Origin: Rickettsia endosymbiont of Bradysia coprophila | Lineage (GTDB): Bacteria > Pseudomonadota > Alphaproteobacteria > Rickettsiales > Rickettsiaceae | DNA length: 32,000 nt | Assembly (NCBI GenBank): GCA_019468145.1 | Contig: JAHXDM010000002.1 | Coordinates: 262,757 to 294,756 of the forward strand | Direction: 5' to 3' | Shown here: positions 10,515 to 20,236 of the stretch, piece by piece | Layout of the letters: each line of letters begins with the position of its first letter | How positions within the stretch are numbered: the first letter of the stretch is position 1 | Program-made: the position numbers and the translations under genes | The notes under the pieces: generated by a model | Told to the model about the DNA's origin: nothing | What the model saw: only the letters and a program-made list of their open reading frames with translations | The model's database searches: none

Positions 10515-10844
10515 ATGATAAAACTGAAAGTAAGAAAAGGTGATGAAGTTATTGTTATTACAGGAAAAAATAAAGGAAAAAAAGGGAAGATTATAAAAAT
10601 TTTTCCTGATGAAAATAAAGCTCTGGTGTCGGGCGTAAATATTGTGCGTAAGCACACTAAAGCCAGTCAAGTAAGTGATGGGGGAATTATAGCTAAGGAA
10701 TTACCTATTCATATTTCTAATATTGCTCATATAGATCCTAAGTCTGGTGCTCATACTAAAGTTGGTTTTAAAATTTTAGAAGATGGTTCTAAAGTTAGAG
10801 TGGCAAAAAAATCTGGTGAAATTATTGGTAAGGATGGTAAATAA
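10515..10844 (+). CDS. rplX: 50S ribosomal protein L24
   Basis: 109 aa. [22 protein letters not shown] (KOW motif). Confidence 0.93.
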   Translation: MIKLKVRKGDEVIVITGKNKGKKGKIIKIFPDENKALVSGVNIVRKHTKASQVSDGGIIAKELPIHISNIAHIDPKSGAHTKVGFKILEDGSKVRVAKKSGEIIGKDGK

Positions 10845-11386
10845 TGTTGCTTAGATTTAAAGAATTATATACTAAAGAAATTATTCCAAATTTGCAAAAA
10901 AAGTTTGCCTATGCTAATAAACACCAAATACCTAAAATTATTAAGGTTGTGATTAATATGGGCGTTGGGGAAGCTGTAGCAGATTCAAAAGTAATTAATA
11001 ATGCTGTAAATAATTTAACTTTAATTTCAGGACAAAAACCTGTAGTAATTCAAGCAAAAAAATCTGTGGCTATTTGGAAATTACGGGAAGGAATGAAAAT
11101 AGGTTGTAAGGTTACGTTGCGTAAAGATAGAATGCTTGATTTTTTTGAAAGATTGCTGATGGTGGCTTTACCGAGGGATAAGGACTTTAGAGGGTTTTCT
11201 AGTAAAAGTTTTGATGGGAAAGGTAACTTTACTTTTGGTATCAAAGAACAGATAGTTTTTTCAGAAATAAAATATGATGAAATAGATCAGATTCGTGGTA
11301 TGGATATTACTATTGTTACGAGCGCCAAAACTAACGAAGAAGGAAAAGCTTTGCTTTCGGGCTTTAATTTTCCTTTTTATAATTAA
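10844..11386 (+). CDS. rplE: 50S ribosomal protein L5
   Basis: 180 aa. [16 protein letters not shown]..., [28 protein letters not shown]. Confidence 0.95.
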   Translation: MLLRFKELYTKEIIPNLQKKFAYANKHQIPKIIKVVINMGVGEAVADSKVINNAVNNLTLISGQKPVVIQAKKSVAIWKLREGMKIGCKVTLRKDRMLDFFERLLMVALPRDKDFRGFSSKSFDGKGNFTFGIKEQIVFSEIKYDEIDQIRGMDITIVTSAKTNEEGKALLSGFNFPFYN

Positions 11387-11403
11387 TATTTAGAAGATAA
11401 AAA

Positions 11404-11708
11404 ATGGCTAAAATAAGTTCTATTCAAAAAATAATAGAAGAAAAAAAAATGCACAGAATGCATATAATAAACGTACTAAATTAAAAGAAAAAATCTATGA
11501 TAAAACCTTATCATTAGAAGAAAGATTTTCATTAGTAATGGCCTTGGCCAAATTACCAAGAAATTCAGCTATGAATAGGGTTAGAAATAGATGTGAAATT
11601 ACTGGGCGCCCAAGAGGGGTATATAGTAAATTTGGTTTATCAAGAAATAAATTAAGAGAGATTGGTAGTAAAGGTTTAGTGCCTGGGTTAATAAAAGCAA
11701 GTTGGTAA
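11404..11708 (+). pseudogene. rpsN: 30S ribosomal protein S14, reading frame interrupted (needs a -1 shift or one extra A); possibly functional or an assembly artefact
   Basis: Absent from the ORF track. The frame starting at ATG 11404 reads [26 protein letters not shown] and stops at 11482-11484. The -1 frame reads [93 protein letters not shown], with its stop at 11706-11708. Joining the two at the A6 run (11426-11431) gives a canonical 101-aa S14. Confidence 0.85.
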
Positions 11709-11726
11709 AATAATAGGTTTATTCAT

Positions 11727-12125
11727 ATGTCAATGACAGATAATATAGCAGATATGTTAACTCGGATTAGAAATGGTCAAAAAAGTAAGTTGATTAGTAT
11801 ATCTCTGCCTGGGTCAAAAACAAAATGTGCTATTTTAAAAGTACTGCAGGAGGCAGGATATATAAAAAGTTATGAACTTTCTACTGAGCAAAATATAAGT
11901 CAAATTGAAGTATATTTGAAGTATTCTATTAAAGGAAAACCTGCTATATTTAAGATAGATAGAGTATCCAAACCTGGAAAAAGAGTTTATTCTTCCATAA
12001 GTAAATTAAGGGGATATTATAACAATATGGGAATTTATATTCTTTCTACCTCTAAAGGAGTATTATCTGATAGAGAAGCACATAACCAGAAAGTTGGTGG
12101 TGAAGTAATTTGTAAAGTGTTCTAA
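11727..12125 (+). CDS. rpsH: 30S ribosomal protein S8
   Basis: 132 aa. [13 protein letters not shown]...; [14 protein letters not shown]...[10 protein letters not shown]. Confidence 0.96.
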   Translation: MSMTDNIADMLTRIRNGQKSKLISISLPGSKTKCAILKVLQEAGYIKSYELSTEQNISQIEVYLKYSIKGKPAIFKIDRVSKPGKRVYSSISKLRGYYNNMGIYILSTSKGVLSDREAHNQKVGGEVICKVF

Positions 12126-12134
12126 GGTATAAAA

Positions 12135-12668
12135 ATGTCACGTGTTGGAAAATCGCCAATTTTTATTCCTACAGGGGTAATAATTGAGCTGGATGGACTT
12201 AAAATAAATGTAAAAGGTCCTAAAGGAGAGTTAACAAAAGTTTTTGTAGGAAATATAGAGATTGTTTTGCAAGATAAATTTTTGGTTGTTAAACCATTAT
12301 CTAAAAGTAAAAAAGCAAGGGAAATGTGGGGTACTACAAAAAGGCTTATCGAGAATATGGTAAAAGGTGTGACAGAAGCTTTTACTACGGAACTTGAATT
12401 AAGTGGTGTAGGTCTAAAAGCGAGTGTAAGTGGTGAATATTTAAATTTAGCATTAGCTAAAAGCCATAACACTAAAATTAAAATACCGCAAAATCTTAAA
12501 ATCAATGTTCCTAAACCAAATCAAATTATATTGGAAAGTGTGAATAAAGAGCTACTAGGGGAATTTGTATCTATTACCCAAAAGCAGAGACCACCTGAAC
12601 CATATAAAGGTAAGGGGATTAAAATTAAAGGGCAGTATGTCCAAAGAAAACAAGGCAAGAAAAATTAA
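12135..12668 (+). CDS. rplF: 50S ribosomal protein L6
   Basis: 177 aa. [13 protein letters not shown]......[21 protein letters not shown]. Confidence 0.95.
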   Translation: MSRVGKSPIFIPTGVIIELDGLKINVKGPKGELTKVFVGNIEIVLQDKFLVVKPLSKSKKAREMWGTTKRLIENMVKGVTEAFTTELELSGVGLKASVSGEYLNLALAKSHNTKIKIPQNLKINVPKPNQIILESVNKELLGEFVSITQKQRPPEPYKGKGIKIKGQYVQRKQGKKN

Positions 12669-12684
12669 AAATTAAGAGTAAACT

Positions 12685-13041
12685 ATGCGTACTTCAAGGT
12701 CAAAGTTTGAAATAAGAAAAGCCAGAGTTAGAACTAAGTTATCAAAAATTTCCTCTAGGGTTAGACTATCTGTTTTTAAGTCGGGAAAGCATATATATGC
12801 CCAAATTATCGATGATAATCAAGCTATAACTGTTACTTCAGCGTCAACCTTAGAGAAAGAAATTAGGCAGCTTAAAAAGTCAAACTGTAATATTAGTTCT
12901 GCAATAAAAGTCGGGGAATTAATAGGTGAAAGAGCCTTCCAAAAAGGAGTGCAGGAAGTGGTGTTTGATAAAGGTGGTTATAAATACCATGGAGTTGTTA
13001 AGGCTTTGGCTGAAGCAGCAAGAAAAAAAATAACGTTTTAA
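12685..13041 (+). CDS. rplR: 50S ribosomal protein L18
   Basis: 118 aa. RLSVFKSGKHIYAQIIDD...; VVFDKGGYKYHGVVKALAEAAR. Confidence 0.94.
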   Translation: MRTSRSKFEIRKARVRTKLSKISSRVRLSVFKSGKHIYAQIIDDNQAITVTSASTLEKEIRQLKKSNCNISSAIKVGELIGERAFQKGVQEVVFDKGGYKYHGVVKALAEAARKKITF

Positions 13042-13114
13042 TCTAGATGTTGTGAGTTGTTATATCCAATTTCAGATGATTTTAAGGAATAATATTTTAA
13101 TTTAGGTGGTAAGG

Positions 13115-13657
13115 ATGGCTAAATCAAAAAATACTAATGAAGCATTAACAGAGACTCTAGTGGATGTCAGAAGAGTAACGAAGGTAGTGAAAGGAGGAAG
13201 AAAATTTTCCTTTTCTGCCTGTATGGTTGTTGGAGATAAGTCTGGTAAGGTTGGATATGGGCATGGTAATGCAAAGGAAGTAACTGAAGCTAGGGTTAAA
13301 GCTAGACAAGAAGGAGGAAAAAAGATGATAAAAGTTTTCCTTTATCAAGGGCGGACCATTCATCATGATGTTATTGGTAAAAGTGGAGCTGCCACAGTTA
13401 TTTTAAGACGAGCTAAAGCTGGTACTGGAATAATTGCGGGAGGAGCGATGAGAGCAATTTTTGATTCTTTAGGTATTCATGATATTGTCGCTAAATCATT
13501 GGGTTCTAGTAATGTTTATGCTATGATAGCCGCAACGTTTAATGCCTTATCGCAACTTTCTTCTCCTAGAAGTATTGCTGAAAGAAGGGACAAAAAAGTT
13601 AGTGAAATATCAACAAAAGCTATAAGAGAAGGAGTGACAGTAGTAACTGAAGCGTAA
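13115..13657 (+). CDS. rpsE: 30S ribosomal protein S5
   Basis: [44 protein letters not shown] 13115 is preceded by aggtgg (13104-13109) and is preferred over the track's GTG at 13106. Confidence 0.94.
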   Translation: MAKSKNTNEALTETLVDVRRVTKVVKGGRKFSFSACMVVGDKSGKVGYGHGNAKEVTEARVKARQEGGKKMIKVFLYQGRTIHHDVIGKSGAATVILRRAKAGTGIIAGGAMRAIFDSLGIHDIVAKSLGSSNVYAMIAATFNALSQLSSPRSIAERRDKKVSEISTKAIREGVTVVTEA

Positions 13658-13837
13658 TTTGTAAGTTAAATAAATGCTATAAAAACTCTTCTATCATGCT
13701 ATACTTAAATTGTCACTAGATCTATTTTGAGATAAATAAATACCAGTGTCATTAAAGAGCTAACAGTTTATTCGTTTATAGTGGAGCCTCTTAAGGTGCT
13801 ATATAAAATAAAAGTAAAAATTTGATTGTAGGAATCT

Positions 13838-14182
13838 ATGAGTAATGATAAATTAGTAAATAACCAACTTTTTCCAGAAGATTCGAGCATGGAATCTGTA
13901 GAAGATACGGAACTTAAAAACCTAGCGTACGGCAGTAAAGGCGAGCTTGGTACTGGGTTTTCGCAATTACCAGCAGAACTAGATGTGCATAAGAGCTCTA
14001 TTCCAAGAATTAGAGTTACTCAAATCGGAAGTGGTATAGGACGCAAATATGATCAAGAACAAACTCTAATCGGTTTAGGTCTAAATAAAATGTATAAAAC
14101 TGTAATTTTAGAAAATACTGCTTCTATTAGAGGGATGGTAAAAAAAATACAACATTTATTAAAAGTAGAAAATTTAAATTAG
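13838..14182 (+). CDS. rpmD: 50S ribosomal protein L30 with an atypical ~50-aa acidic N-terminal extension (alternative short form from GTG 13985)
   Basis: The C-terminal 60 aa are canonical L30: [54 protein letters not shown]. The ORF stays open 49 codons upstream of the canonical start, back to ATG 13838, with AGGA 4 nt upstream. Confidence 0.8.
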   Translation: MSNDKLVNNQLFPEDSSMESVEDTELKNLAYGSKGELGTGFSQLPAELDVHKSSIPRIRVTQIGSGIGRKYDQEQTLIGLGLNKMYKTVILENTASIRGMVKKIQHLLKVENLN

Positions 14183-14191
14183 AGTTTAAAA

Positions 14192-14647
14192 ATGAAGTTA
14201 AATGAGTTATTTAATAATTTCGGTGCTAAAAAAAACAAGAAAAGGTTAGGGCGTGGAATTGGTAGTGGTAAAGGTAAAACATGTGGAAGGGGGGTAAAAG
14301 GCCAAAAGTCTAGATCGGGTGTTGCGATTAAAGGGTTTGAAGGAGGGCAAATGCCTTTAATAAAAAGGCTCCCAAAAAGAGGTTTTAATTGTCCTAACAG
14401 TAAAAAATATAGTGTAGTAAATATTATCGATATTGAATTGTTGTTATTAGCAGGTACTTTAAAAAATACTGAGATAGTGACTAAAGACAAATTAGTTGAA
14501 TTAGGGATTATTAAAAACACTAATTTGTTAGTCAAGTTGCTTTCTGTTCATAGTGATGAATTTAATAGCCCAATATCATTTAAATTAGATGCTTATTCAG
14601 AGTCTGCTAAATATAAAATTGAACAAGCTGGTGGCCAAATATTGTAG
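14192..14647 (+). CDS. rplO: 50S ribosomal protein L15
   Basis: 151 aa. [28 protein letters not shown]...[17 protein letters not shown]. Confidence 0.95.
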   Translation: MKLNELFNNFGAKKNKKRLGRGIGSGKGKTCGRGVKGQKSRSGVAIKGFEGGQMPLIKRLPKRGFNCPNSKKYSVVNIIDIELLLLAGTLKNTEIVTKDKLVELGIIKNTNLLVKLLSVHSDEFNSPISFKLDAYSESAKYKIEQAGGQIL

Positions 14648-14650
14648 TTT

Positions 14651-15952
14651 ATGAATTTAAATTCTATACCAAAATTTAATCAAGATCTGGTTAGTAGGAT
14701 TATTTTTACTATTTCAGTGCTTGTAGTTTGTAGGTTTGGATCTTTTATCCCGATAGCAGGGATTGATTCAATAGCATTACAGGCTGTTGTCCAGCAGAAC
14801 CAGTCGGGTATCTTAGGTATGTTTAACATGTTATCTGGGGGATCCTTAGGTAGGATGTCAATTTTTGCTTTAGCAATTATGCCTTATATAACCGCCTCAA
14901 TTATTATTCAATTATTGTCAATAGCTTATAAGCCTTTAGAAAATTTCAAAAAGGATGGTGAGTCTGGTAAAAGAAAAATCAATCAGTTATCTCGGTATCT
15001 AACAGTTTTATTAGCTTCTTTTCAAGCATATGGGGTAGCAATTAGTTTAGAACAGGCAGTAACGAATTTAGGTCCTGTGGTTATCATACCAGGGCTATTT
15101 TTTAAAATTACTACTGTTATTACGTTAGTTGGGGGAACTATGTTCCTTATGTGGTTGGGCGAACAAATTTCTGGTAGAGGGATTGGAAATGGCTCTTCTT
15201 TAATCATATTTATAGGTATAGTATCGGGCGTACCCAGCGCAATTATCAATATGTTTGAGTTATCAAGAAATGGGGGGATATCGCCATTGCTAGCTGTTAT
15301 TATTTGTCTAGGGGTAGTTGTCATGATAACTACGATAATTTTTTTTGAAAAAGCTCAACGGAAAGTTTTGGTACAATATCCAAAGCGTCAAGTGGGTAAT
15401 AAAATTTATGGTGGGGATGCAACTCATATGCCATTGAAACTTAACACTGCTGGAGTCATTCCTCCAATATTTGCTAGTTCAATTTTGTTGTTTCCCATTA
15501 CTATAGCTAATTTTTCTAGTAATAATTCAGAAACTATGAATTGGATAACTTTTTATTTAAGTCATGGAAAACCTTTATACATTTTCTTCTATATTATATT
15601 AATAATGTTCTTTAGTTTTTTTTATACCGCAATAGTTTTTAATTCTGAAGAGACTGCAAATAACTTAAGAAAATATGGTGCTTATATACCTGGGAGAAGG
15701 CCAGGGAAAAATACCTCAGAATATTTTGATTATTTACTAATGAGATTAACGGTAATGGGGGCTATATATTTAAGTTTTATTTGTGTAGTGCCTGAGATAT
15801 TAATGAATAAATATGCAATATCTTTTTCTTTAGGAGGAACAAGTTTTTTAATTGTTGTCAATGTGGTATTGGACACTTTTACTCAAATTCAAACTCATTT
15901 ATTTAGTAATAGATATGAAGGGTTGATTAAAAAAATGAAATTGAAAAACTAA
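14651..15952 (+). CDS. secY: Preprotein translocase subunit SecY
   Basis: 433 aa, multi-pass. GIDS....., [53 protein letters not shown]. Confidence 0.96.
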   Translation: MNLNSIPKFNQDLVSRIIFTISVLVVCRFGSFIPIAGIDSIALQAVVQQNQSGILGMFNMLSGGSLGRMSIFALAIMPYITASIIIQLLSIAYKPLENFKKDGESGKRKINQLSRYLTVLLASFQAYGVAISLEQAVTNLGPVVIIPGLFFKITTVITLVGGTMFLMWLGEQISGRGIGNGSSLIIFIGIVSGVPSAIINMFELSRNGGISPLLAVIICLGVVVMITTIIFFEKAQRKVLVQYPKRQVGNKIYGGDATHMPLKLNTAGVIPPIFASSILLFPITIANFSSNNSETMNWITFYLSHGKPLYIFFYIILIMFFSFFYTAIVFNSEETANNLRKYGAYIPGRRPGKNTSEYFDYLLMRLTVMGAIYLSFICVVPEILMNKYAISFSLGGTSFLIVVNVVLDTFTQIQTHLFSNRYEGLIKKMKLKN

Positions 15953-16140
15953 TAGTAGTTTTTTATGTTGAAAATTAGGACAATTTAGCCTAATATATAA
16001 CTTTTGAGAAATTGTCATATGAATTGGTAATCTTTAAATAATATATTGACATATATAAGAATAGGCGTTAACTTATGATTGTAATTTTTAAGACATATGT
16101 TTAAAAGCGAGTATCATTTCATGCTAAAAATGAGTTTAAA

Positions 16141-16779
16141 GTGATTATAGTACTTATGGGCCCTCCTGGTTCAGGGAAAGGAACGCAAGGAAAATTATTG
16201 GCAGAAAAGCTAGATTTACCCCATATATCTATTGGTAATATATTTAGAGAGATGGTAGGAGCTGGGAATAAAGAAGGGGAATTGCTTCAAGACTATATGT
16301 CCAAAGGAAAATTGGCTCCCACGGAATTAGTCAATGAGATAGTCCAAAAGTTTTTATCGCCAGTTAAATATGACAAAGGTTATGTTTTGGATGGTTATCC
16401 CCGTAACATAGACCAAGCTAAGTTTTTAGATGGTTTGATAAATCAAGATAGTAAGATATTATTTTTTGATATAGAGAATCAAACGATTATAAAAAGAATT
16501 TTAGGTAGATTTAATTGCACAAATTGCGGGCAAATCTATAATCAATTTTTTATTAAGCCTAAAATTGAGAATATTTGTGATCTCTGTGGCTTGAGTCAAT
16601 TCACTCACAGAAAGGATGATGACGAAGAAACAGTAAGACAACGAATAGAAGAATATAAAACAGAAACTTACCCATTAATTGATTATTATAACAATAATAA
16701 AAAGTTATATATGGTTAATGCCAATAAAAATAAAGAAGATATAGAGATTTTTATAGATAAATTATTAAAAATTGTTTGA
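16141..16779 (+). CDS. adk: Adenylate kinase
   Basis: GTG start. P-loop GPPGSGKGTQ. Cys4 lid CTNCG...CDLCG. Follows secY as in alphaproteobacterial spc operons. Confidence 0.93.
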   Translation: MIIVLMGPPGSGKGTQGKLLAEKLDLPHISIGNIFREMVGAGNKEGELLQDYMSKGKLAPTELVNEIVQKFLSPVKYDKGYVLDGYPRNIDQAKFLDGLINQDSKILFFDIENQTIIKRILGRFNCTNCGQIYNQFFIKPKIENICDLCGLSQFTHRKDDDEETVRQRIEEYKTETYPLIDYYNNNKKLYMVNANKNKEDIEIFIDKLLKIV

Positions 16780-16841
16780 CTTTATGGGTTATGTTTATAT
16801 TATTTACTTTTTGAGTGTTATAGAAATTTTGGAGATTATTT

Positions 16842-17219
16842 GTGGCAAGAATAGCAGGTGTTAATATCCCAGCAAACAAAAGACTAGTAATAAGTTTAAC
16901 CTATATTTATGGTCTTGGTTTTTTTGCTTCAGGGGTGATTTGTAAAGCAGCAGGAATATCTGAAAGTAAAAGAGTTAAAGATTTAACTGATCAGGAGCTG
17001 ATTGTTTTGCGTAATATTATTGAAAAGCAATATAAAGTAGAAGGTGACCTTAGAAGAGAAGTAACTCTTAATATTAAGAAAAAAAAGGATATTAGATGTT
17101 ATGAAGGCCTTAGGCATATCAGGAAATTACCTGTGCGTGGTCAAAATACTCACTCGAATGCCAGAACAAGAAAAGGCAAGGCTGTTGCAATTGCCGGTAA
17201 GAAAAAAGTTACAAAGTAA
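16842..17219 (+). CDS. rpsM: 30S ribosomal protein S13
   Basis: GTG start. [48 protein letters not shown]. Confidence 0.95.
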   Translation: MARIAGVNIPANKRLVISLTYIYGLGFFASGVICKAAGISESKRVKDLTDQELIVLRNIIEKQYKVEGDLRREVTLNIKKKKDIRCYEGLRHIRKLPVRGQNTHSNARTRKGKAVAIAGKKKVTK

Positions 17220-17231
17220 TATGGTAGAATA

Positions 17232-17618
17232 ATGAGTCAGGTTAGTAGTAAAATTAAGAAAAAAAAGAAGAATATCTCGTTGGGAGTTGTGCATATAAAA
17301 ACAACCTTTAATAATACTATTGTTACTTTTACAGATGTTCAAGGTAATGCTATAGCTTCTTCTACAGCAGGTTCTCATGGATTTAAAGGTGCTAGAAAAG
17401 CTACTCCTTATGCTGCTCAAGTAACTGTAGATAAAGCATCAGAATTAGCAAAAGAACATGGTATGAAAACAGTTTCTATTAGAGTACAAGGGGCAGGAGC
17501 TCAGAGGGAATCTGCTATGAGGGCAGTTTTTAGTCAAAATTTTATAGTGACCTTAATTCTCGATGTTTCCCCAGTAGCGCATAATGGTGTTAGAGCACCA
17601 AAAAGAAGAAGAGTATAG
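17232..17618 (+). CDS. rpsK: 30S ribosomal protein S11
   Basis: [22 protein letters not shown]...[14 protein letters not shown]...HNG.R.PKRRRV. Confidence 0.95.
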   Translation: MSQVSSKIKKKKKNISLGVVHIKTTFNNTIVTFTDVQGNAIASSTAGSHGFKGARKATPYAAQVTVDKASELAKEHGMKTVSIRVQGAGAQRESAMRAVFSQNFIVTLILDVSPVAHNGVRAPKRRRV

Positions 17619-17634
17619 AATAATTAGGTAAGAA

Positions 17635-18654
17635 ATGTTATCGTTAAATAAAAACTGGAATTCTTTGATTAAACCCTCTAAAATAGTTTATGAAAATTCG
17701 GCAAGAGATGTTGATACCGTAAAGATGATTATAGAACCTTTAGAAAGAGGCTTTGGTTTAACAGTAGGTAATGCTATGAGGAGGGTGTTATTGTCTTCTC
17801 TGCAAGGAGCTGCTATAACCTCAGTAAAAATACCAGGAGTTGTGCACGAATTTTCTGCTATACCTGGTGTTAAAGAAGATTTAGTTGATGTAATATTAAA
17901 TCTTAAATCAGTAGTCATTAAAATGCATGGCTCAGATAAAAAGATTGTAAGGTTAAATGTTACTGGTCCTTGTACCGTAACAGCTGGTATGATTGCAGCA
18001 AGTCATGATGTTGAGATACTAACTCCTGATCATATAATTTGTACTTTAGCCAAAGATGTCCAGCTTGAAATGGAGCTCGGATGTGAAACCGGTAAAGGGT
18101 ACGTTCCAGCTATTACTAATGAAGATGCAAGTGCACCAATAGGATTAATCCCCATTGATGCGTTGTTTAGTCCGGTAAAGAAAGTTACTTATAAAGTAGA
18201 AAATACCCGGGTTGGGCAAGTGACAGATTATGATAAATTAATTATGACGGTTGAGACTAATGGCAGTATTCCTCCCGAGATGTCTATTGCTCTTGCCGCG
18301 AGGATTTTGCAAGATCAGCTACAATTATTTATTACATTTGAAGAACAAGAAGAAGAGAAAGAAGAACAGTTAGAAGAATTATTATTTAATCCTGCGATGT
18401 TAAAAAAGGTTGCAGAATTAGAATTATCTGTCCGCTCTCAAAATTGTTTGCAAAATGCTAATATAATTTATATAGGAGATTTGGTTATCAAAACTGAAGC
18501 AGAAATGCTTAAAACTCCCAATTTTGGTAGAAAATCTCTAAATGAGATTAAGGATATATTAGTAGGTTTTGGTTTGAAATTTGGTATGGATGTACCAGGA
18601 TGGCCTCCAGAAAATATCCAAGAATTATCTAAACGTTATGAAGATCCATATTAA
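17635..18654 (+). CDS. rpoA: DNA-directed RNA polymerase subunit alpha
   Basis: 339 aa. N-terminal [28 protein letters not shown]-terminal alpha-[26 protein letters not shown]...[12 protein letters not shown]. Confidence 0.96.
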   Translation: MLSLNKNWNSLIKPSKIVYENSARDVDTVKMIIEPLERGFGLTVGNAMRRVLLSSLQGAAITSVKIPGVVHEFSAIPGVKEDLVDVILNLKSVVIKMHGSDKKIVRLNVTGPCTVTAGMIAASHDVEILTPDHIICTLAKDVQLEMELGCETGKGYVPAITNEDASAPIGLIPIDALFSPVKKVTYKVENTRVGQVTDYDKLIMTVETNGSIPPEMSIALAARILQDQLQLFITFEEQEEEKEEQLEELLFNPAMLKKVAELELSVRSQNCLQNANIIYIGDLVIKTEAEMLKTPNFGRKSLNEIKDILVGFGLKFGMDVPGWPPENIQELSKRYEDPY

Positions 18655-18670
18655 TTGTTAAGGTAGTAAC

Positions 18671-19072
18671 ATGCGACACAAGATTAAGGGAAGAAAGCTA
18701 AATAGAACAAGTACGCATAGGCAAGCTATGTTCGCTAATATGGCTGTAGCGCTGGTAATGAACGAGCAAATTAAAACTACTCTACCTAAAGCTAAAGAGC
18801 TGAGGCCCTATATTGAAAAATTAGTGACTAAAGCAAAGAAATCGGATTTAGCCAATAGAAGAATAGTGCTAGCTAAAATCAAGGATAAGGTTGCTACGGA
18901 AAAATTGATTACTGTGCTCGGAAAAAGATATAATAATCGAAATGGAGGGTATACCAGAATAATCAAAGCAGGTTTTCGTTATGGAGATATGGCATCTATG
19001 GCCTATATCGAATTTGTGGATAGGGATGTGGAGAGTAAAGGCCGTATAATTCCTATAGCGGTTGAAGAATAG
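18671..19072 (+). CDS. rplQ: 50S ribosomal protein L17
   Basis: [26 protein letters not shown]...[17 protein letters not shown]. Confidence 0.95.
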   Translation: MRHKIKGRKLNRTSTHRQAMFANMAVALVMNEQIKTTLPKAKELRPYIEKLVTKAKKSDLANRRIVLAKIKDKVATEKLITVLGKRYNNRNGGYTRIIKAGFRYGDMASMAYIEFVDRDVESKGRIIPIAVEE

Positions 19073-19122
19073 GCTTTTTGCAGAACCAATTGATTTAATG
19101 AATTTATAGGGTAATAAATTAT

Positions 19123-19383
19123 ATGGCTAACCATACGTCAGCAAAAAAAGCAATTAGACAAACAATAAAAAAGACTTTAATTAATAAAAATAGATCGAGT
19201 AGAATAAAAACATATATAAAAAAAGTTTTACAAGCAATTGGTGAAGGATCAAGAGAATCTGCAAAATCTGCTTTGATAGTTGCACAATCTGAAATAATGA
19301 AAGGTGTAACAAAAAATATTATCAAATTAAATACCGCTTCCCGCAAGATTAGTAGATTATCTCAAAAAATTAAAAATATGTAA
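19123..19383 (+). CDS. rpsT: 30S ribosomal protein S20
   Basis: 86 aa. [14 protein letters not shown]....N.....RIKTYIKK pattern. Confidence 0.9.
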   Translation: MANHTSAKKAIRQTIKKTLINKNRSSRIKTYIKKVLQAIGEGSRESAKSALIVAQSEIMKGVTKNIIKLNTASRKISRLSQKIKNM

Positions 19384-19398
19384 TAAAGGGGAGCCTCC

Positions 19399-20067
19399 GT
19401 GCTATCCTTAGAACAATTGACATTTAATATAGGAAAAAAAAAATTATTTGCTGGGATTAGCATATCTTTTTTACCATCTTCTATAATTTACTTACACGGC
19501 AGTAATGGATCGGGAAAAACTTCCTTACTGCGGATAATATCTGGCCTGCAGGTTCCAAGCAAAGGCAGAGTGCTGTATAGATCATTGGAATGTAAAGACC
19601 TTAAAAAACCATATTGCAATTATATTGGTCATAATAATGGATTAAAGTTGCAGCTCACGGTCTTAGAATATTTAAAATTCTGGAGCCAAATTTATGACTC
19701 TCTAGAAGCATTAGAGTCTGCAATATATTATTTTAAATTATCTTCTATTTTACATACCAAATGCCATATACTTTCTGCTGGTAATCAAAAAAAACTTGCC
19801 TTAGCTAAATTGATGGCTTGCCAAACTAATTTGTGGTTATTAGATGAGGTAGAAGCAAATCTTGATCAAGAAAATAAAGGATTATTATATAATTTAATTA
19901 TTTCTAAAGCAAATAATGGGGGAATTATTATACTAACTTCCCATTCAAATATAGATATTAAAACTGCTGAAATAATCAAGTTAGAGGATTATACCCCTCT
20001 GCCGATGGTTTTGCCGTCTTGTGCGATGGAGCGAAGCCTTATAGATAATAAGGCGAACGACGGGTAA
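19399..20067 (+). CDS. ccmA: Heme exporter ATP-binding protein CcmA; the 3' end (last 25 codons and stop) is supplied by an inserted palindromic element
   Basis: GTG start. Walker A GSNGSGKTSLLRII.GL, signature LSAGNQKKLALAKL, Walker B LWLLDEVEANLD, H-loop TSH. The tail YTPLPMVLPSCAMERSLIDNKANDG is encoded by the element at 19990-20103. Confidence 0.85.
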   Translation: MLSLEQLTFNIGKKKLFAGISISFLPSSIIYLHGSNGSGKTSLLRIISGLQVPSKGRVLYRSLECKDLKKPYCNYIGHNNGLKLQLTVLEYLKFWSQIYDSLEALESAIYYFKLSSILHTKCHILSAGNQKKLALAKLMACQTNLWLLDEVEANLDQENKGLLYNLIISKANNGGIIILTSHSNIDIKTAEIIKLEDYTPLPMVLPSCAMERSLIDNKANDG

Positions 20068-20103
20068 CCGACCGGCCCCGCAAATTCATATCAGAGGAGT
20101 ATA
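19990..20103. repeat. Palindromic RPE-like (MITE-like) element, copy B, inserted in-frame at the 3' end of ccmA
   Basis: 12-bp terminal inverted repeats tatacccctctg (19990-20001) and cagaggagtata (20092-20103), with 1 mismatch. Conspicuously G+C-rich interior (gccgatgg...cgacgggtaaccgaccggccccgc). Homologous in inverted orientation to 2415-2523. Confidence 0.65.
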
Positions 20104-20111
20104 TAAAGCCA

Positions 20112-20141
20112 TTGACATGAATTTGAGATAAATTCTATATT
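20112..20141 (+). promoter_or_regulatory. Candidate sigma70 promoter P1 upstream of the proline-rich orphan
   Basis: TTGACA (20112-20117), an 18-nt spacer, then TATATT (20136-20141). Confidence 0.3.
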
Positions 20142-20169
20142 TGTTGAAAATTGTTTCTTTAATTGTTTT

Positions 20170-20198
20170 TTGACTTTGCTAAAATGATGCTGTATTAA
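20170..20198 (+). promoter_or_regulatory. Candidate sigma70 promoter P2 upstream of the proline-rich orphan
   Basis: TTGACT (20170-20175), a 17-nt spacer, then TATTAA (20193-20198). Confidence 0.3.
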
Positions 20199-20236
20199 AT
20201 GTAAAAGTTAGTAATTAAATAAAATTGGTATTATAT

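Noticed and set aside
10232-10657. 141-aa minus-strand ORF (and similar antisense ORFs at 3846-4154, 8173-8475, 8692-9006, 9731-9979, 12122-12505, 14179-14535, 15022-15324, 17127-17420, 17688-17918)
   Set aside because: All lie antisense to, and fully inside, highly conserved ribosomal, tuf, secY or rpoA genes. Their translations are low-complexity (Phe/Ile/Ser/Leu-rich) with no recognisable motifs. They are shadow ORFs.
15953-16140. 188-bp secY-adk gap with TTGACA near 16046 as an internal promoter
   Set aside because: The best -10 candidate at 17-nt spacing (TAACTT) is poor, and I found no hairpin or repeat. It is noted only as a longer-than-usual operon gap.
16780-17635. Absence of rpmJ/infA before rpsM and of rpsD between rpsK and rpoA as a possible deletion
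   Set aside because: This gene order (secY-adk-rpsM-rpsK-rpoA-rplQ, with rpsD elsewhere) is the normal alphaproteobacterial arrangement, not an anomaly.
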